From assembly GCA_964414295.1 (NCBI GenBank), contig CAYPVU010000010.1, positions 6,937 through 70,936 on the forward strand: a DNA stretch of 64,000 bases, in the 5' to 3' direction. Made by a program: the position numbers and the translations under genes. The notes under the pieces are model-generated. The model ran no database searches and was not told the origin of the DNA. It worked only from the letters and a program-made list of their open reading frames with translations. Each line of letters starts with the position of its first letter. The first letter of the stretch is position 1. Source of the stretch: an uncultured Candidatus Saccharibacteria bacterium. GTDB taxonomy: Bacteria; Patescibacteriota; Dojkabacteria; J137. Shown in pieces: positions 19,669 to 28,409 of the stretch.

Positions 19669-20316
19669 TTAAATCTTTATAACATTTGCTATCCTATTAG
19701 GTGCTTTTCCTATATTTCTCATCCCTTGTCCTACAGGATAGTAAGAAGGATAAACTTTAAACCCTTTTTCTTTTATCTTTAAATTCTCGTATTCATCTTC
19801 TAAGTAATTAGATACCTTGATTGGTTTATTAAGCAGTATGGAAGATACTTGTCCTCCAAATGTAATAATTTTCTTAGGGTTTATTGTATAAATTTCATCT
19901 AGTGTTTGATTTAAATAATCTTTAAATACTGAATTAGATAAATGGCTAGCATCTGCTTGCGTGCATTTTGCTAGATTTGTAATATAAATACTATTATTGC
20001 TAATGTAACTGTATAAGCTTAGTGCAAAATTGCTATCCCATTCATTAGGTTTTAAGTTAAGTATTTGGGAAGTTATTTGAATATCTATTAGGTTTAACTT
20101 GTTAAGAAGTTTCCAAATATTTTTAGTTCCTAGCCAGGGGGCTCTTAATCCTTTCCATTCTAGGTCCGAAGAAATATTTCTTGCGGTTGGATTCATAAAA
20201 ATGAGCATTAATTCCGGATTCTTTATACAGCCCGCTCCGTATATGGCGTGTAATGATTTACTTCCGTGCTTTAACTGTAGTTCATCTAATAAAGAAAAAT
20301 GTGCTGTTAGTTGCAT
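19669..20316 (-). CDS. Uracil-DNA-glycosylase-superfamily protein (tentative)
   Basis: Motif A-like LIFMNPTA (compare GxNPG of SMUG/MUG) and C-terminal YPSYYPVGQGMRN (compare HPSPxN); low confidence. Confidence 0.35.
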   Translation of the reverse strand: MQLTAHFSLLDELQLKHGSKSLHAIYGAGCIKNPELMLIFMNPTARNISSDLEWKGLRAPWLGTKNIWKLLNKLNLIDIQITSQILNLKPNEWDSNFALSLYSYISNNSIYITNLAKCTQADASHLSNSVFKDYLNQTLDEIYTINPKKIITFGGQVSSILLNKPIKVSNYLEDEYENLKIKEKGFKVYPSYYPVGQGMRNIGKAPNRIANVIKI

Positions 20317-20346
20317 AATTTATTCTAACAGAGTGGAGTATTAAAT

Positions 20347-20418
20347 CTCCGCCTGCTGGATTCGAACCAGCGACCAATCGCTTAACAGGCGAGCGCTCTA
20401 CCGCTGAGCTAAGGCGGA
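20347..20418 (-). tRNA. tRNA-Asn (anticodon GUU)
   Basis: Reverse complement folds as a cloverleaf: acceptor TCCGCCT/AGGCGGA, anticodon loop CTGTTAA, T-loop TTCGAAT, discriminator G; CCA not encoded. Confidence 0.85.
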
Positions 20419-20500
20419 ATATAATTGCTTAAAATAGCTTAGAGATTATATCCAAAACTATTATATCTGTCTATTAGTAAACAAAAAGAGTAGGGAAGGG

Positions 20501-20827
20501 TTAAATCCTTTTTCTAAAAGCCTTTAGCAATTCTTGAGAACTATCCTTTAATAATTCTAATTGCTTTATTATTTCTTTGCTAGCGTAAGCTATGTCTTGA
20601 ACTTTATCTTTATATTCTCTGCTTTTTGTATATCTATTCAAATTCTCACTGGCTTCTGAATATTCCTTCTCTATTTCTTTAGCAAATCTACCTGCTTTGT
20701 TTGAAAAGTCATTTGTAGCTGTTTTTAATTTCTTTTGATTTTCTTCGTCAGAAAGCAGAGTAGCTGCCCCTGCAGATAATGCAGCAATTGTTCCTAGTAT
20801 TAGTGTGGCTTTTAATAAATTCTTCAT
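20501..20827 (-). CDS. Small secreted protein (about 108 aa), divergent from lexA
   Basis: Start moved to the internal Met (MKNLLKATLILGTIAALSAGAA signal peptide). The longer 172-aa ORF would read through the lexA promoter. Helical, Lys/Glu rich. Confidence 0.45.
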   Translation of the reverse strand: MKNLLKATLILGTIAALSAGAATLLSDEENQKKLKTATNDFSNKAGRFAKEIEKEYSEASENLNRYTKSREYKDKVQDIAYASKEIIKQLELLKDSSQELLKAFRKRI

Positions 20828-20899
20828 AATGATTATTTTACTAGTGTTACTAAAGAATCTCAATAAATATAAATTTTTTAAAAAAGGATTTGACAAATG

Positions 20900-20950
20900 T
20901 TGGTATACCACGTATACCATATTAATACTTATATTTAACTTGGTATACCA
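20900..20950 (+). promoter_or_regulatory. Candidate LexA operator pair (TTGGTATACCA) overlapping the lexA promoter and start codon
   Basis: The perfect 10-bp palindrome TGGTATACCA occurs at 20901-20910, followed by a tandem GTATACCA, and again at 20941-20950, where it ends in the lexA ATG. A TTGACA -35 lies at 20890. Confidence 0.45.
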
Positions 20951-21585
20951 TGTTAACTCAAAAACAACAAAATGTTTTAAATACAATTCAATCTTACATC
21001 CAAGAGAACGATCAACCACCTACCTTGGCAGAACTAAGTGAGATGCTTGGTATTAAAACTAAAAGAGGAGTAGTAAAGCATTTAGATGCGCTTGAGAAAA
21101 AGGGCTATCTATATAGAACCAGTAAGCCAAGAGGTATAGTTTTAACCTTTGGTGAAAGCTTGTATTCGGATACCCTTAGTGTACCAGTTGTAGGATTTGC
21201 AAATGCAGGTAGACCTTTAGTGTTTGCTGAAGAAGATATTATTGGTTCTATAAAAATAGATAGGGATCTTATTAAAAACAGTAGAAAAACCTTTGCTTTA
21301 GTAGTAAAAGGAGATTCAATGAATCTAAGGCAAGTAAATAAAGTTCCAATTCTAGATAGAAATTATGTAATAGTAGAAAAAGATACCTCAATAGAAGATG
21401 GAGATGTAGTTTTGGCGGTAGTAGATAATGCAGCAACTATAAAAACTTTTAAAAGAAGTCAAAATTCAGTGATTTTATATCCCGAAAGTAGTAATCCTGT
21501 CCACACTCCAATATATTTAAAGGACGATGTAGCGGGGTTCATTAACGGTAAAGTGATCGCGGTTTTAGAGAACCCAATGTTTTAA
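20950..21585 (+). CDS. lexA: SOS repressor LexA
   Basis: N-terminal wHTH, Ala-Gly cleavage region (VGFANAGRP), and S24 peptidase Ser (VVKGDSMN) and Lys (AATIKTFKR) boxes. Confidence 0.9.
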   Translation: MLTQKQQNVLNTIQSYIQENDQPPTLAELSEMLGIKTKRGVVKHLDALEKKGYLYRTSKPRGIVLTFGESLYSDTLSVPVVGFANAGRPLVFAEEDIIGSIKIDRDLIKNSRKTFALVVKGDSMNLRQVNKVPILDRNYVIVEKDTSIEDGDVVLAVVDNAATIKTFKRSQNSVILYPESSNPVHTPIYLKDDVAGFINGKVIAVLENPMF

Positions 21586-21838
21586 CTGATATTTTACATT
21601 TCTGTTACGTTAGTATTAATCTTCTTATTTATTATAAAAATAGGTAAGAATTAATAAAATTAATTTAATTTTTATTGTAAATAGTATGACAAATGTAGAC
21701 TACAAAAGAGCAGTTGAACTAAGAAAAAAGACAATAAGAGAGCATTTGGCAGTATTTGCAGCTAGGATTATTGGCGTTCAATACATCTAATAGTTACATT
21801 CAAAGTTAATCAAAGTGCTTTTTTAATTATTTTTTCTA

Positions 21839-21866
21839 GGGCCCGAATATTCGGGCCTTTTTTTTA
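21839..21866 (+). terminator. Rho-independent terminator downstream of lexA
   Basis: gggcccgaa-ta-ttcgggcc followed by a T9 run. Confidence 0.65.
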
Positions 21867-22319
21867 TTTCTTAAATAAACCTCTTACTTTTGATCTTTTT
21901 ACAGATAATACAACAATTAGATTAATTGTAATAAAAGCACATAAAGATAAAAATGGAATTGTTATAAAGCCTAAGTATGCAATATCTACAACATCACATG
22001 GTTTTGCAGCGGAAGTACAAGCTGCAAATTCTTTAAATAATCCAAATGTTTGCATTAAATAATGATAGGTAGCGAATAGTAATCCAGGTAAAGATAAAGA
22101 AAGTATTAGTAATTTTTGTAGTCTAATTTTAAAAACTAAAGATGCAGTGGTTAAAAAGAATAATGGGTACATAAATATTCTTTGCCACCAACATAAATAA
22201 CAAGGTTCTATTAATAAAACATCACTAAAATATAGACTTCCTAATACAGAAGAAAAGGAAATCATAAAAATTAAAAGAGTGTAGTTATTTTCTAAAAAGT
22301 TTTGGACTTTATTAATCAT
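21864..22319 (-). CDS. Disulfide bond formation protein B (DsbB/BdbC family)
   Basis: Four TM helices; first loop EPCYLCWWQRI matches the BdbC PCxLCWxQRI signature; second Cys pair CTSAAKPC. Confidence 0.65.
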   Translation of the reverse strand: MINKVQNFLENNYTLLIFMISFSSVLGSLYFSDVLLIEPCYLCWWQRIFMYPLFFLTTASLVFKIRLQKLLILSLSLPGLLFATYHYLMQTFGLFKEFAACTSAAKPCDVVDIAYLGFITIPFLSLCAFITINLIVVLSVKRSKVRGLFKK

Positions 22320-22327
22320 ATAAAAAT

Positions 22328-22672
22328 TTAATATTTAGAATTTTTTTTTAAAGAATCAATAATTAAGTATAAAAGAATAATAATACAAATCCCCATTAAA
22401 GCAATTCCAAATAGTGCCAAAGTGCCGCTTTGTCCCTCTAGTACTACTTTTTGATTGATAAAAGGAATTAAAAGAGTACTAGGTTCCTGTTTTTCTATCG
22501 AAATTCCTGCAACCTGTCCAGTTGTAGTTTTTATATTGCTAATTGTACTTTGATTAATTAAATATATAGGAATTACAAAAGAAATTGTTATCCCTATAAA
22601 GCTTGCAATTAAACTTACTAAATTAATTTCTATTTTTACTTTTGGCAGTTTTGAATAAATGCTTTCTTCCAT
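22328..22672 (-). CDS. Hypothetical small membrane protein
   Basis: Two hydrophobic helices; abuts mltG with a 1-nt spacer. Confidence 0.35.
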   Translation of the reverse strand: MEESIYSKLPKVKIEINLVSLIASFIGITISFVIPIYLINQSTISNIKTTTGQVAGISIEKQEPSTLLIPFINQKVVLEGQSGTLALFGIALMGICIIILLYLIIDSLKKNSKY

Positions 22673-23761
22673 TTATGGATATAAAGAAATATTTAGTAAG
22701 TGTTCATTGTATGTTTCTGAAAAGTAAATGTTTGCAGCTTTGTCGTGTCTAAAGTAATAATAAGATGACTCTTTTGGATAGATAGCTGCATATATAGATT
22801 GAATGCCTGGACTATTAATTGGAGTTGGAACTAATCCAGCATATTTATATGAATTATAAGGATTGTCTATTTGTGTTTCCTCAATTGTTGATCTTGGGTC
22901 ATCTCTTCTAGTAAAAAAATTAATTGTTGCATCAGACTGTAAAGGCATACCATCTGCAATTCTATTGTGGAATACACTTGAAATCATTTGTCTATCATCG
23001 CTCCCACCGGATTCTTTATCAATAATTGAAGCTAGTATTAATGCATCATAAAAGGTTGGTGTTTCTGGAGTAAAATTATAGTCTTCTAAATTAATATTAT
23101 TCTCTTCTAATCTTTTTATTAATGTTTCAATTTGTTTTTCAATTACAAATTGTGCGGTAGTATCTCCATCGAAGTTATAAGTATCGGGATATAGGAATCC
23201 AATCAATGGCTTATCCGCAGGTTTATGTTGGTTTATAAAGGTTTGTATATTATTACTAAAAATATAATTCTCAGGATTTTCTGCAATGTCTATATATTCA
23301 TTTGCAGAAAACTTTTTCATTTCACCTACTTCATTAAATTTTTCATCAATAATAGCAGCTGCTTGATCGGGTCTTAGTGCCTCTCTAAGAGTTACCCATA
23401 TATTCTTTTTAAATACCCCAGTTTCTAACTGAGCTATCAATTTATCAAGTGTAAGATTTTGAGGAATATCATAGGTACCTGGCTTTATGTTTGCGGATAC
23501 ATCATTAAGTCTTAAATATACCTTTAAAGCTAACTCACTATTTATTAATCCTTCTTTTTCTAATTTAGGAGCAATAGAAGTTAGATTTTCACCCTCATTA
23601 ATTGTAAACGATACTGTTTCAGCTTCTTGCGTAGGTGGATTATTAATTGCACCTGTATACCAATTAAAAGCAATAAATCCTGCAATAGAAACTAAAATAA
23701 GGATAATTAGTATTAGCGATAAAATCGTTTTTATTGGATTATGTTGTCTTTCACCTCTCAT
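22673..23761 (-). CDS. mltG: Endolytic murein transglycosylase MltG (YceG family)
   Basis: N-terminal TM and YceG signature LILASIIDKESGG...VFHNRIADGMPLQSDATINF. Confidence 0.85.
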   Translation of the reverse strand: MRGERQHNPIKTILSLILIILILVSIAGFIAFNWYTGAINNPPTQEAETVSFTINEGENLTSIAPKLEKEGLINSELALKVYLRLNDVSANIKPGTYDIPQNLTLDKLIAQLETGVFKKNIWVTLREALRPDQAAAIIDEKFNEVGEMKKFSANEYIDIAENPENYIFSNNIQTFINQHKPADKPLIGFLYPDTYNFDGDTTAQFVIEKQIETLIKRLEENNINLEDYNFTPETPTFYDALILASIIDKESGGSDDRQMISSVFHNRIADGMPLQSDATINFFTRRDDPRSTIEETQIDNPYNSYKYAGLVPTPINSPGIQSIYAAIYPKESSYYYFRHDKAANIYFSETYNEHLLNISLYP

Positions 23762-24153
23762 TATATATTCTTAAAATCTAAATATTCCTGAAGTATTATT
23801 CTAGCAGATTGACTGTCTAAATTCCCTTTTCTATTATCCTTAACTATTTTGCCTGCCATTTTACTAGTCATTACTTCATTCCAAAATTTTGTAGATACTC
23901 TATACCTTTCTTCTAGATCTAAAGCAAAGTCTTTAATTTGATTAGACATTTGAGTAGGTTTTTCCTCATGACCTAAAGGCAGACCTAATAAAATAGTATT
24001 TGGCGAATATTTTTTAATTAGCTTTCCTATTTCTTCTATTAATTCTTCATAGGAAGTGTAAACTATTGCATCTACTGCAAGTGCAATACTTTCTGTATCT
24101 TCAGATATCGCTACCCCAACTCTTTTTGTTCCATAATCTAATGCAATTATCAT
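23761..24153 (-). CDS. ruvX: Holliday-junction resolvase-like RuvX/YqgF
   Basis: MIIALDYGTKRVGVAISED start and an RNase H-like fold size of 130 aa. Confidence 0.85.
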   Translation of the reverse strand: MIIALDYGTKRVGVAISEDTESIALAVDAIVYTSYEELIEEIGKLIKKYSPNTILLGLPLGHEEKPTQMSNQIKDFALDLEERYRVSTKFWNEVMTSKMAGKIVKDNRKGNLDSQSARIILQEYLDFKNI

Positions 24154-24211
24154 GATAAATCTTTGTAGAAACTTTTGTTTAATATTGCTATTAATATAAC
24201 ATAAAAGCCTA

Positions 24212-24928
24212 ATGAGCCTTGATATTTTGAATTTTATTAATAATATAGTTTTACCTTCCTACTGTATAGTTTGCGGCAATTACGGACTATATATATGCCG
24301 AAACTGTATGTATAAATATTTCAATATAAATTTTTATAATATTTGCCACGTTTGCGGAGTTTCAACTTATAAATTAAATTTACACAAAGAATGTGAAGAT
24401 AGTACAAATTTAGATAAATTATTATTCTTTTGTGAATATAATTGGGCTTCAAAAAAGATTATAGAAGAGGTCAAATATAGAGGTAGTTATTCTATTGCAA
24501 AGGAAGTTGCTGATCATATGGTTAAATACTTTAGATTTAAACAAAAGGATTATTCGCCCTCGGAGTTTTTAATAACTTGCGTTCCATCTCATAAATATAA
24601 GTTTAATGAGAGAGGATTTAATCAATCAGAATTACTTGCAAAAGAAATTGCTTTGCAATTAAATATTGAATTTGCCGATTTGTTATCTAAAACGCAAAAT
24701 ACTCAAAAGCAGGCTGGGGCATCAAAAACTAAAAGAGTAATAAACTTAGGCAACTTTAAAATTAAAAAGATTATTAAAAATAGAATTGTAATTATTATTG
24801 ATGATGTCCACACTACAGGTAGCACACTTAATAATTGTGCAGCAGAACTAAAAAGAAATGGTATAGAAATTGTTTGGGGCTTTACTTTTGCTAAGTCCCT
24901 AAACTATTCTCAGGTAAGTATAAATTAA
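24212..24928 (+). CDS. comFC: ComF/ComFC-family protein (double zinc ribbon plus phosphoribosyltransferase domain)
   Basis: N-terminal Cys4 pairs (CIVCGN...CRNC...CHVCGV); C-terminal PRTase motif VIIIDDVHTTGSTL. Confidence 0.75.
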   Translation: MSLDILNFINNIVLPSYCIVCGNYGLYICRNCMYKYFNINFYNICHVCGVSTYKLNLHKECEDSTNLDKLLFFCEYNWASKKIIEEVKYRGSYSIAKEVADHMVKYFRFKQKDYSPSEFLITCVPSHKYKFNERGFNQSELLAKEIALQLNIEFADLLSKTQNTQKQAGASKTKRVINLGNFKIKKIIKNRIVIIIDDVHTTGSTLNNCAAELKRNGIEIVWGFTFAKSLNYSQVSIN

Positions 24929-24984
24929 CGTTTTATGGTATAATTATTTAGGCATTCGCTTATAGAATAGTATCTATTTTGTAA

Positions 24985-25441
24985 GGGGATGCTTATTAGA
25001 CAGTAAACCTGCATATTAAAAATCAAGCCGGAATTTAGATTATTTGTTCCGTAAAAATAAGTAATCACCTTGAATAAAGGTAACTTGACTAAACGTCAAT
25101 CAAATTAAAAATACTTTCTCTAATGCAGTTGCAAACGTAAAGGCAGCTTTTGCTCCTTCTTACGCTTTAGCATTTGCTTAATTTAGAGTAAGTAGTTAAT
25201 CGAAAAAAAGAGTAGATTAACCACTTATTAGTTCTTTTTTCAGTGGGAATTATTAAGTGTCACACAGCTGAAATGCAGAATTTATTTTTAGTTTATGAAT
25301 AAATTTCAAGATTAAATAAACTGGAGTATGTAATTTTTGTAAGTTTTAATCGACATGCTTTTAATAAAAAACTTAATCTAAGCTTGTAAAAATTTTTAAT
25401 GTGAGATTTGTTGGACAGGGGATAACCCCTCATCTCCACCA
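24985..25441 (+). ncRNA. ssrA: tmRNA (SsrA), with tag ORF encoding about ANVKAAFAPSYALAFA
   Basis: 5' GGGGATG pairs with 3' CATCTCC-ACCA, with G3.U70 (the Ala identity pair). Resume region GCAAACGTAAAG...TACGCTTTAGCATTTGCTTAA parallels the canonical GCAAACGACGAAAACTACGCTTTAGCAGCTTAA. An intrinsic terminator follows the CCA. Length (about 457 nt) and the T-arm are atypical. Confidence 0.6.
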
Positions 25442-25443
25442 AA

Positions 25444-25481
25444 AGGGTATCTTTAATTAATTTAAAGGTACCCTTTTTTTC
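25444..25481 (+). terminator. Rho-independent terminator after tmRNA
   Basis: gggtatctttaa/ttaaaggtaccc imperfect hairpin followed by a T7 run. Confidence 0.55.
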
Positions 25482-25515
25482 TGCTATCATTGTAAGCATA
25501 TAAAATAATAATTCT

Positions 25516-26370
25516 ATGGATATAACAATAACTCTTCTGTACCAGCCAATATTTAACTTGATGGTAATTTTTTACCGTTTTTTTAGTGAGAATCTAGGTA
25601 TTGCAATTATATTAATCGCTTTACTGTCAAGAATAATAACTATTCCTATTATCATTAAACAAAGACAGTCAATGGTTAAAAGTAGGGAATTCTCAGAGAA
25701 GATGAAATCTATTAAAGAAAAGCATAAGAATAATAAGGAGCAGCAAGATAAAGAATTGATGGCTTTACAATCTGAATACCTACCTGGACAATTGGCTGGC
25801 TGTTTACCAATAATCTTGCAGTTAATATTTTTTGTTAATGTCTACAATGTAATTGTTAATTTAGTAACAAAGGGTCCTTCTGCATTTAATTCTTTAGCAT
25901 ACCCTTTTGTTGCACAGTTTCCAGAAGGGGCTCAGTTAAATTATTCATTCTTAGGTATTTTTGATCTAAGTAAATTCCCTGCTGAATTTGCAAGTTCTGG
26001 AGCATCGTTTATTCCATATTTAATTCTTATGATTTTAGTAGGAATAACTCAGTTCTACTCAATGAGAATAACTATGAATATGGGTAAGGCTAATCAGCCT
26101 ACACCAGAAAAGAAAAAGGATAGTAAGAACAATAAAAATAATCCAGCCAGTGAGGATTTTAATGAGATTTTACAACAATCAACACAGCAAACAATGCTTT
26201 TATTCCCAATCTTGTATACCTTCCTTTCTTATAATTTTCAGACAGGATTATCTTTATACTGGATTGTACAGAGCGGTTTTGTTATAATTCAACAGCTTTT
26301 TATTGCCTGGCTTGATAAAAGGAAGACCTTAAAGCAGGATTCAGTTGCAGTAGAAGTAAAAACTAAATAA
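25516..26370 (+). CDS. yidC: Membrane protein insertase YidC/Oxa1 family (short form)
   Basis: Five-TM core with GIAIILIALLSRIITIPI first helix, conserved hydrophilic groove residues, and a basic C-terminal tail. Confidence 0.8.
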   Translation: MDITITLLYQPIFNLMVIFYRFFSENLGIAIILIALLSRIITIPIIIKQRQSMVKSREFSEKMKSIKEKHKNNKEQQDKELMALQSEYLPGQLAGCLPIILQLIFFVNVYNVIVNLVTKGPSAFNSLAYPFVAQFPEGAQLNYSFLGIFDLSKFPAEFASSGASFIPYLILMILVGITQFYSMRITMNMGKANQPTPEKKKDSKNNKNNPASEDFNEILQQSTQQTMLLFPILYTFLSYNFQTGLSLYWIVQSGFVIIQQLFIAWLDKRKTLKQDSVAVEVKTK

Positions 26371-26391
26371 TTTTATTTTAATAATTTTAGT

Positions 26392-27030
26392 ATGAAGCTA
26401 GAAGCACAAAAAAGGGAGATAACCGGGAAAAAGGTGAAAAACCTAAGAAGCGAAGGCTTAGTTCCTGCAACAGTTTTCGGCCCTAAAAAACCATCCGAAA
26501 ACATCCAAATTAATAAAAAAGATTTTATAAAACTTTTTAAAAAGGTTGGATACAACAAATTCTTTGATTTATTAGTAGCTGAAGATAAACCAGCAAAGGT
26601 ACTTGTAAAAGAAATTCAAAAACACCCAGTTAACGATAATTTAATTAGCGTTGGTTTATACCAGGTTGCTGAGGACAGAAAGATTACAGTTGAAGTCCCA
26701 GTTGAATTTGTAGGAGAATCCCCAGCTGTAAAACAGAATTTAGGATTCTTAATTACACAAATGGATACTATTGCTGTTAACTGTTTTCCTAAAGACTTGC
26801 CTAGTATATTTACTGTGGATATTGCAGTTTTAGCAAATCCTGGAGATGCTGTAACAGTTGGTGATATTAAATTACCAGAAGATGTTACTTTAGATAGTGC
26901 AATGGATGCTACATCTGCTTTAGTATACATTGGTACAGCTCAAAAAGAAGAGGAAGCTGCTCCTGCTGAAGTTCCTGCAGAAGGCGCTGCGCCAACAGAA
27001 AATGCTGGTGAAGCACAAAAATCAGAATAA
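26392..27030 (+). CDS. rplY: 50S ribosomal protein L25 / general stress protein Ctc
   Basis: N-terminal L25 domain (REITGKKVKNLRSEGLVPATVFG) with a Ctc-type C-terminal extension. Confidence 0.85.
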   Translation: MKLEAQKREITGKKVKNLRSEGLVPATVFGPKKPSENIQINKKDFIKLFKKVGYNKFFDLLVAEDKPAKVLVKEIQKHPVNDNLISVGLYQVAEDRKITVEVPVEFVGESPAVKQNLGFLITQMDTIAVNCFPKDLPSIFTVDIAVLANPGDAVTVGDIKLPEDVTLDSAMDATSALVYIGTAQKEEEAAPAEVPAEGAAPTENAGEAQKSE

Positions 27031-27050
27031 GATTTTAAACTAAAATTTTT

Positions 27051-27080
27051 AAGGCCCGCTTTCGCGGGCCTTTCTTTTTC
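27051..27080 (+). terminator. Rho-independent terminator after rplY
   Basis: aaggcccgc-tttc-gcgggcctt followed by TCTTTTTC. Confidence 0.65.
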
Positions 27081-27136
27081 TTTGAAATCTATTTGCTTTG
27101 TATGTAATAATGTTAATGATTATTAAGCTTATATAA

Positions 27137-28384
27137 ATGAATCAGGCTTTGCCTTTACAAAATTCCAATCCAGTTAACACGCCAATGCAGCCTCAGCAGG
27201 TTCCTTTGCAGCCTCCACAGACACCAGTTTCGTCTTCTGTTCCCGCTAGTCAGCCAGCTGCTTACGATATTGATGTTTATGACGAAATTTCGGTTTTAAA
27301 AAAGAAGATAGAAGAGGCAAAATTACCTCAGCAATTAAAGGAAAAAGCTCAGGGTATGATCTTAAGACTTATTAAGATGTCTCAAAAAGGAAACTTTTCT
27401 GCTGAATTTGAACCAGTTTCTGAATATATAAACTGGATTACTAAGCTTCCATTTGGAGAATATACTACAGATAACATTGAGATTGATGATGTTAAATCTA
27501 CGCTAGATAAATATAATTATGGTTTAGAACCAGTTAAAAATAGAATTTTAGAATATCTTGCAGTTTTAAAATTACAAAATAAAACTAATTTACCTGAAGG
27601 TGCAGGTGAAATGGATGTTTCCGCAGAAATGATGAGGTTGCAGGGTAACTCTTCTCATGCTCCAATCTTATGTTTTGTAGGTATTCAAGGAGTTGGTAAG
27701 ACTTCTATGGCAAAAGCAATTGCTAATGCTTTAAATAGAAAATTTATGAGATTGGCATTAGGAGGTATGGGGAATGTAACAGAAATAAGAGGTATTCCAA
27801 GAGGTAATGTAGATGCTGAGCCAGGGCAAATTGTAAAATCTTTAATTAGAACAGGAGTGATGAATCCATTAATCTTATTGGATGAAATTGATAAAACAAG
27901 TGCGCAGAGCGGTGTAAGAACAGATGTTATGGCTGCTTTACTCGAAATCTTAGATCCTGAGCAAAATTCTACTTTTATGGATAAATATCTAGATTATCCA
28001 CTAGATTTATCTCAGTGTATTTTTATTTGTACGGCAAATAACTTGGGAGGTATTACTGCGGCTCTGTTAGACCGTTTAGAAATAATTCGTTTTGGTAGTT
28101 ATACAGATAACGATAAGGTTATGATTGCAAGAAATTATTTATTGCCAAAAGTTAGGGAAGCTACCGGATTAGGTGAAGACCAGCTTGCTTTTGCAGAAGA
28201 TGTTTGGCCAATGGTAATTAGGCCATTAGGTTTTGATGCTGGAGTAAGGCAGTTAGAAAGAACTTTAACTGAACTAGCTAGAAAAGTTGCATTACAAATT
28301 GTTAGAGGAACAGTTAAAAGTGTTCAAATAACAAAAGAAAATTTTAGAGAGTACATTCCAGAAGATATTGGAGTTTACTCATAA
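27137..28384 (+). CDS. Lon-like AAA+ ATPase domain protein without protease domain
   Basis: Pro/Gln-rich N-terminus and coiled coil. Lon-type AAA+ module (FVGIQGVGKTSMAKAIANALNRKFMRLALGG; LDRLEIIRFGSYTDNDKVMIARNYLLPK). The ORF ends right after the AAA+ helical subdomain, so there is no S16 protease region. Confidence 0.7.
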   Translation: MNQALPLQNSNPVNTPMQPQQVPLQPPQTPVSSSVPASQPAAYDIDVYDEISVLKKKIEEAKLPQQLKEKAQGMILRLIKMSQKGNFSAEFEPVSEYINWITKLPFGEYTTDNIEIDDVKSTLDKYNYGLEPVKNRILEYLAVLKLQNKTNLPEGAGEMDVSAEMMRLQGNSSHAPILCFVGIQGVGKTSMAKAIANALNRKFMRLALGGMGNVTEIRGIPRGNVDAEPGQIVKSLIRTGVMNPLILLDEIDKTSAQSGVRTDVMAALLEILDPEQNSTFMDKYLDYPLDLSQCIFICTANNLGGITAALLDRLEIIRFGSYTDNDKVMIARNYLLPKVREATGLGEDQLAFAEDVWPMVIRPLGFDAGVRQLERTLTELARKVALQIVRGTVKSVQITKENFREYIPEDIGVYS

Positions 28385-28409
28385 AAAAAGAGGCTTTCGC
28401 CTCTTTTTT
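28384..28409. terminator. Bidirectional terminator between convergent genes
   Basis: aaaaaagaggc-tttc-gcctctttttt. Confidence 0.65.

Noticed and set aside
20501-21019. Full 172-aa extent of the minus-strand ORF divergent from lexA
   Set aside because: The 5' 64 codons run through the lexA promoter and operator and the lexA start. A signal peptide begins at the internal Met, so only 20501-20827 is kept.
25095-25109. Palindrome TTGACTAAACGTCAA in the comFC-yidC spacer as a possible operator
   Set aside because: It lies inside the tmRNA body and is more plausibly part of a tmRNA helix or pseudoknot.
25293-25499. 68-aa minus-strand ORF in the comFC-yidC intergenic region
   Set aside because: Lies antisense within the tmRNA gene and its terminator; no RBS or start context.
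26373-26930. Two minus-strand ORFs overlapping rplY
   Set aside because: Antisense to the ribosomal protein gene; Ser/Thr-rich low-complexity translations.
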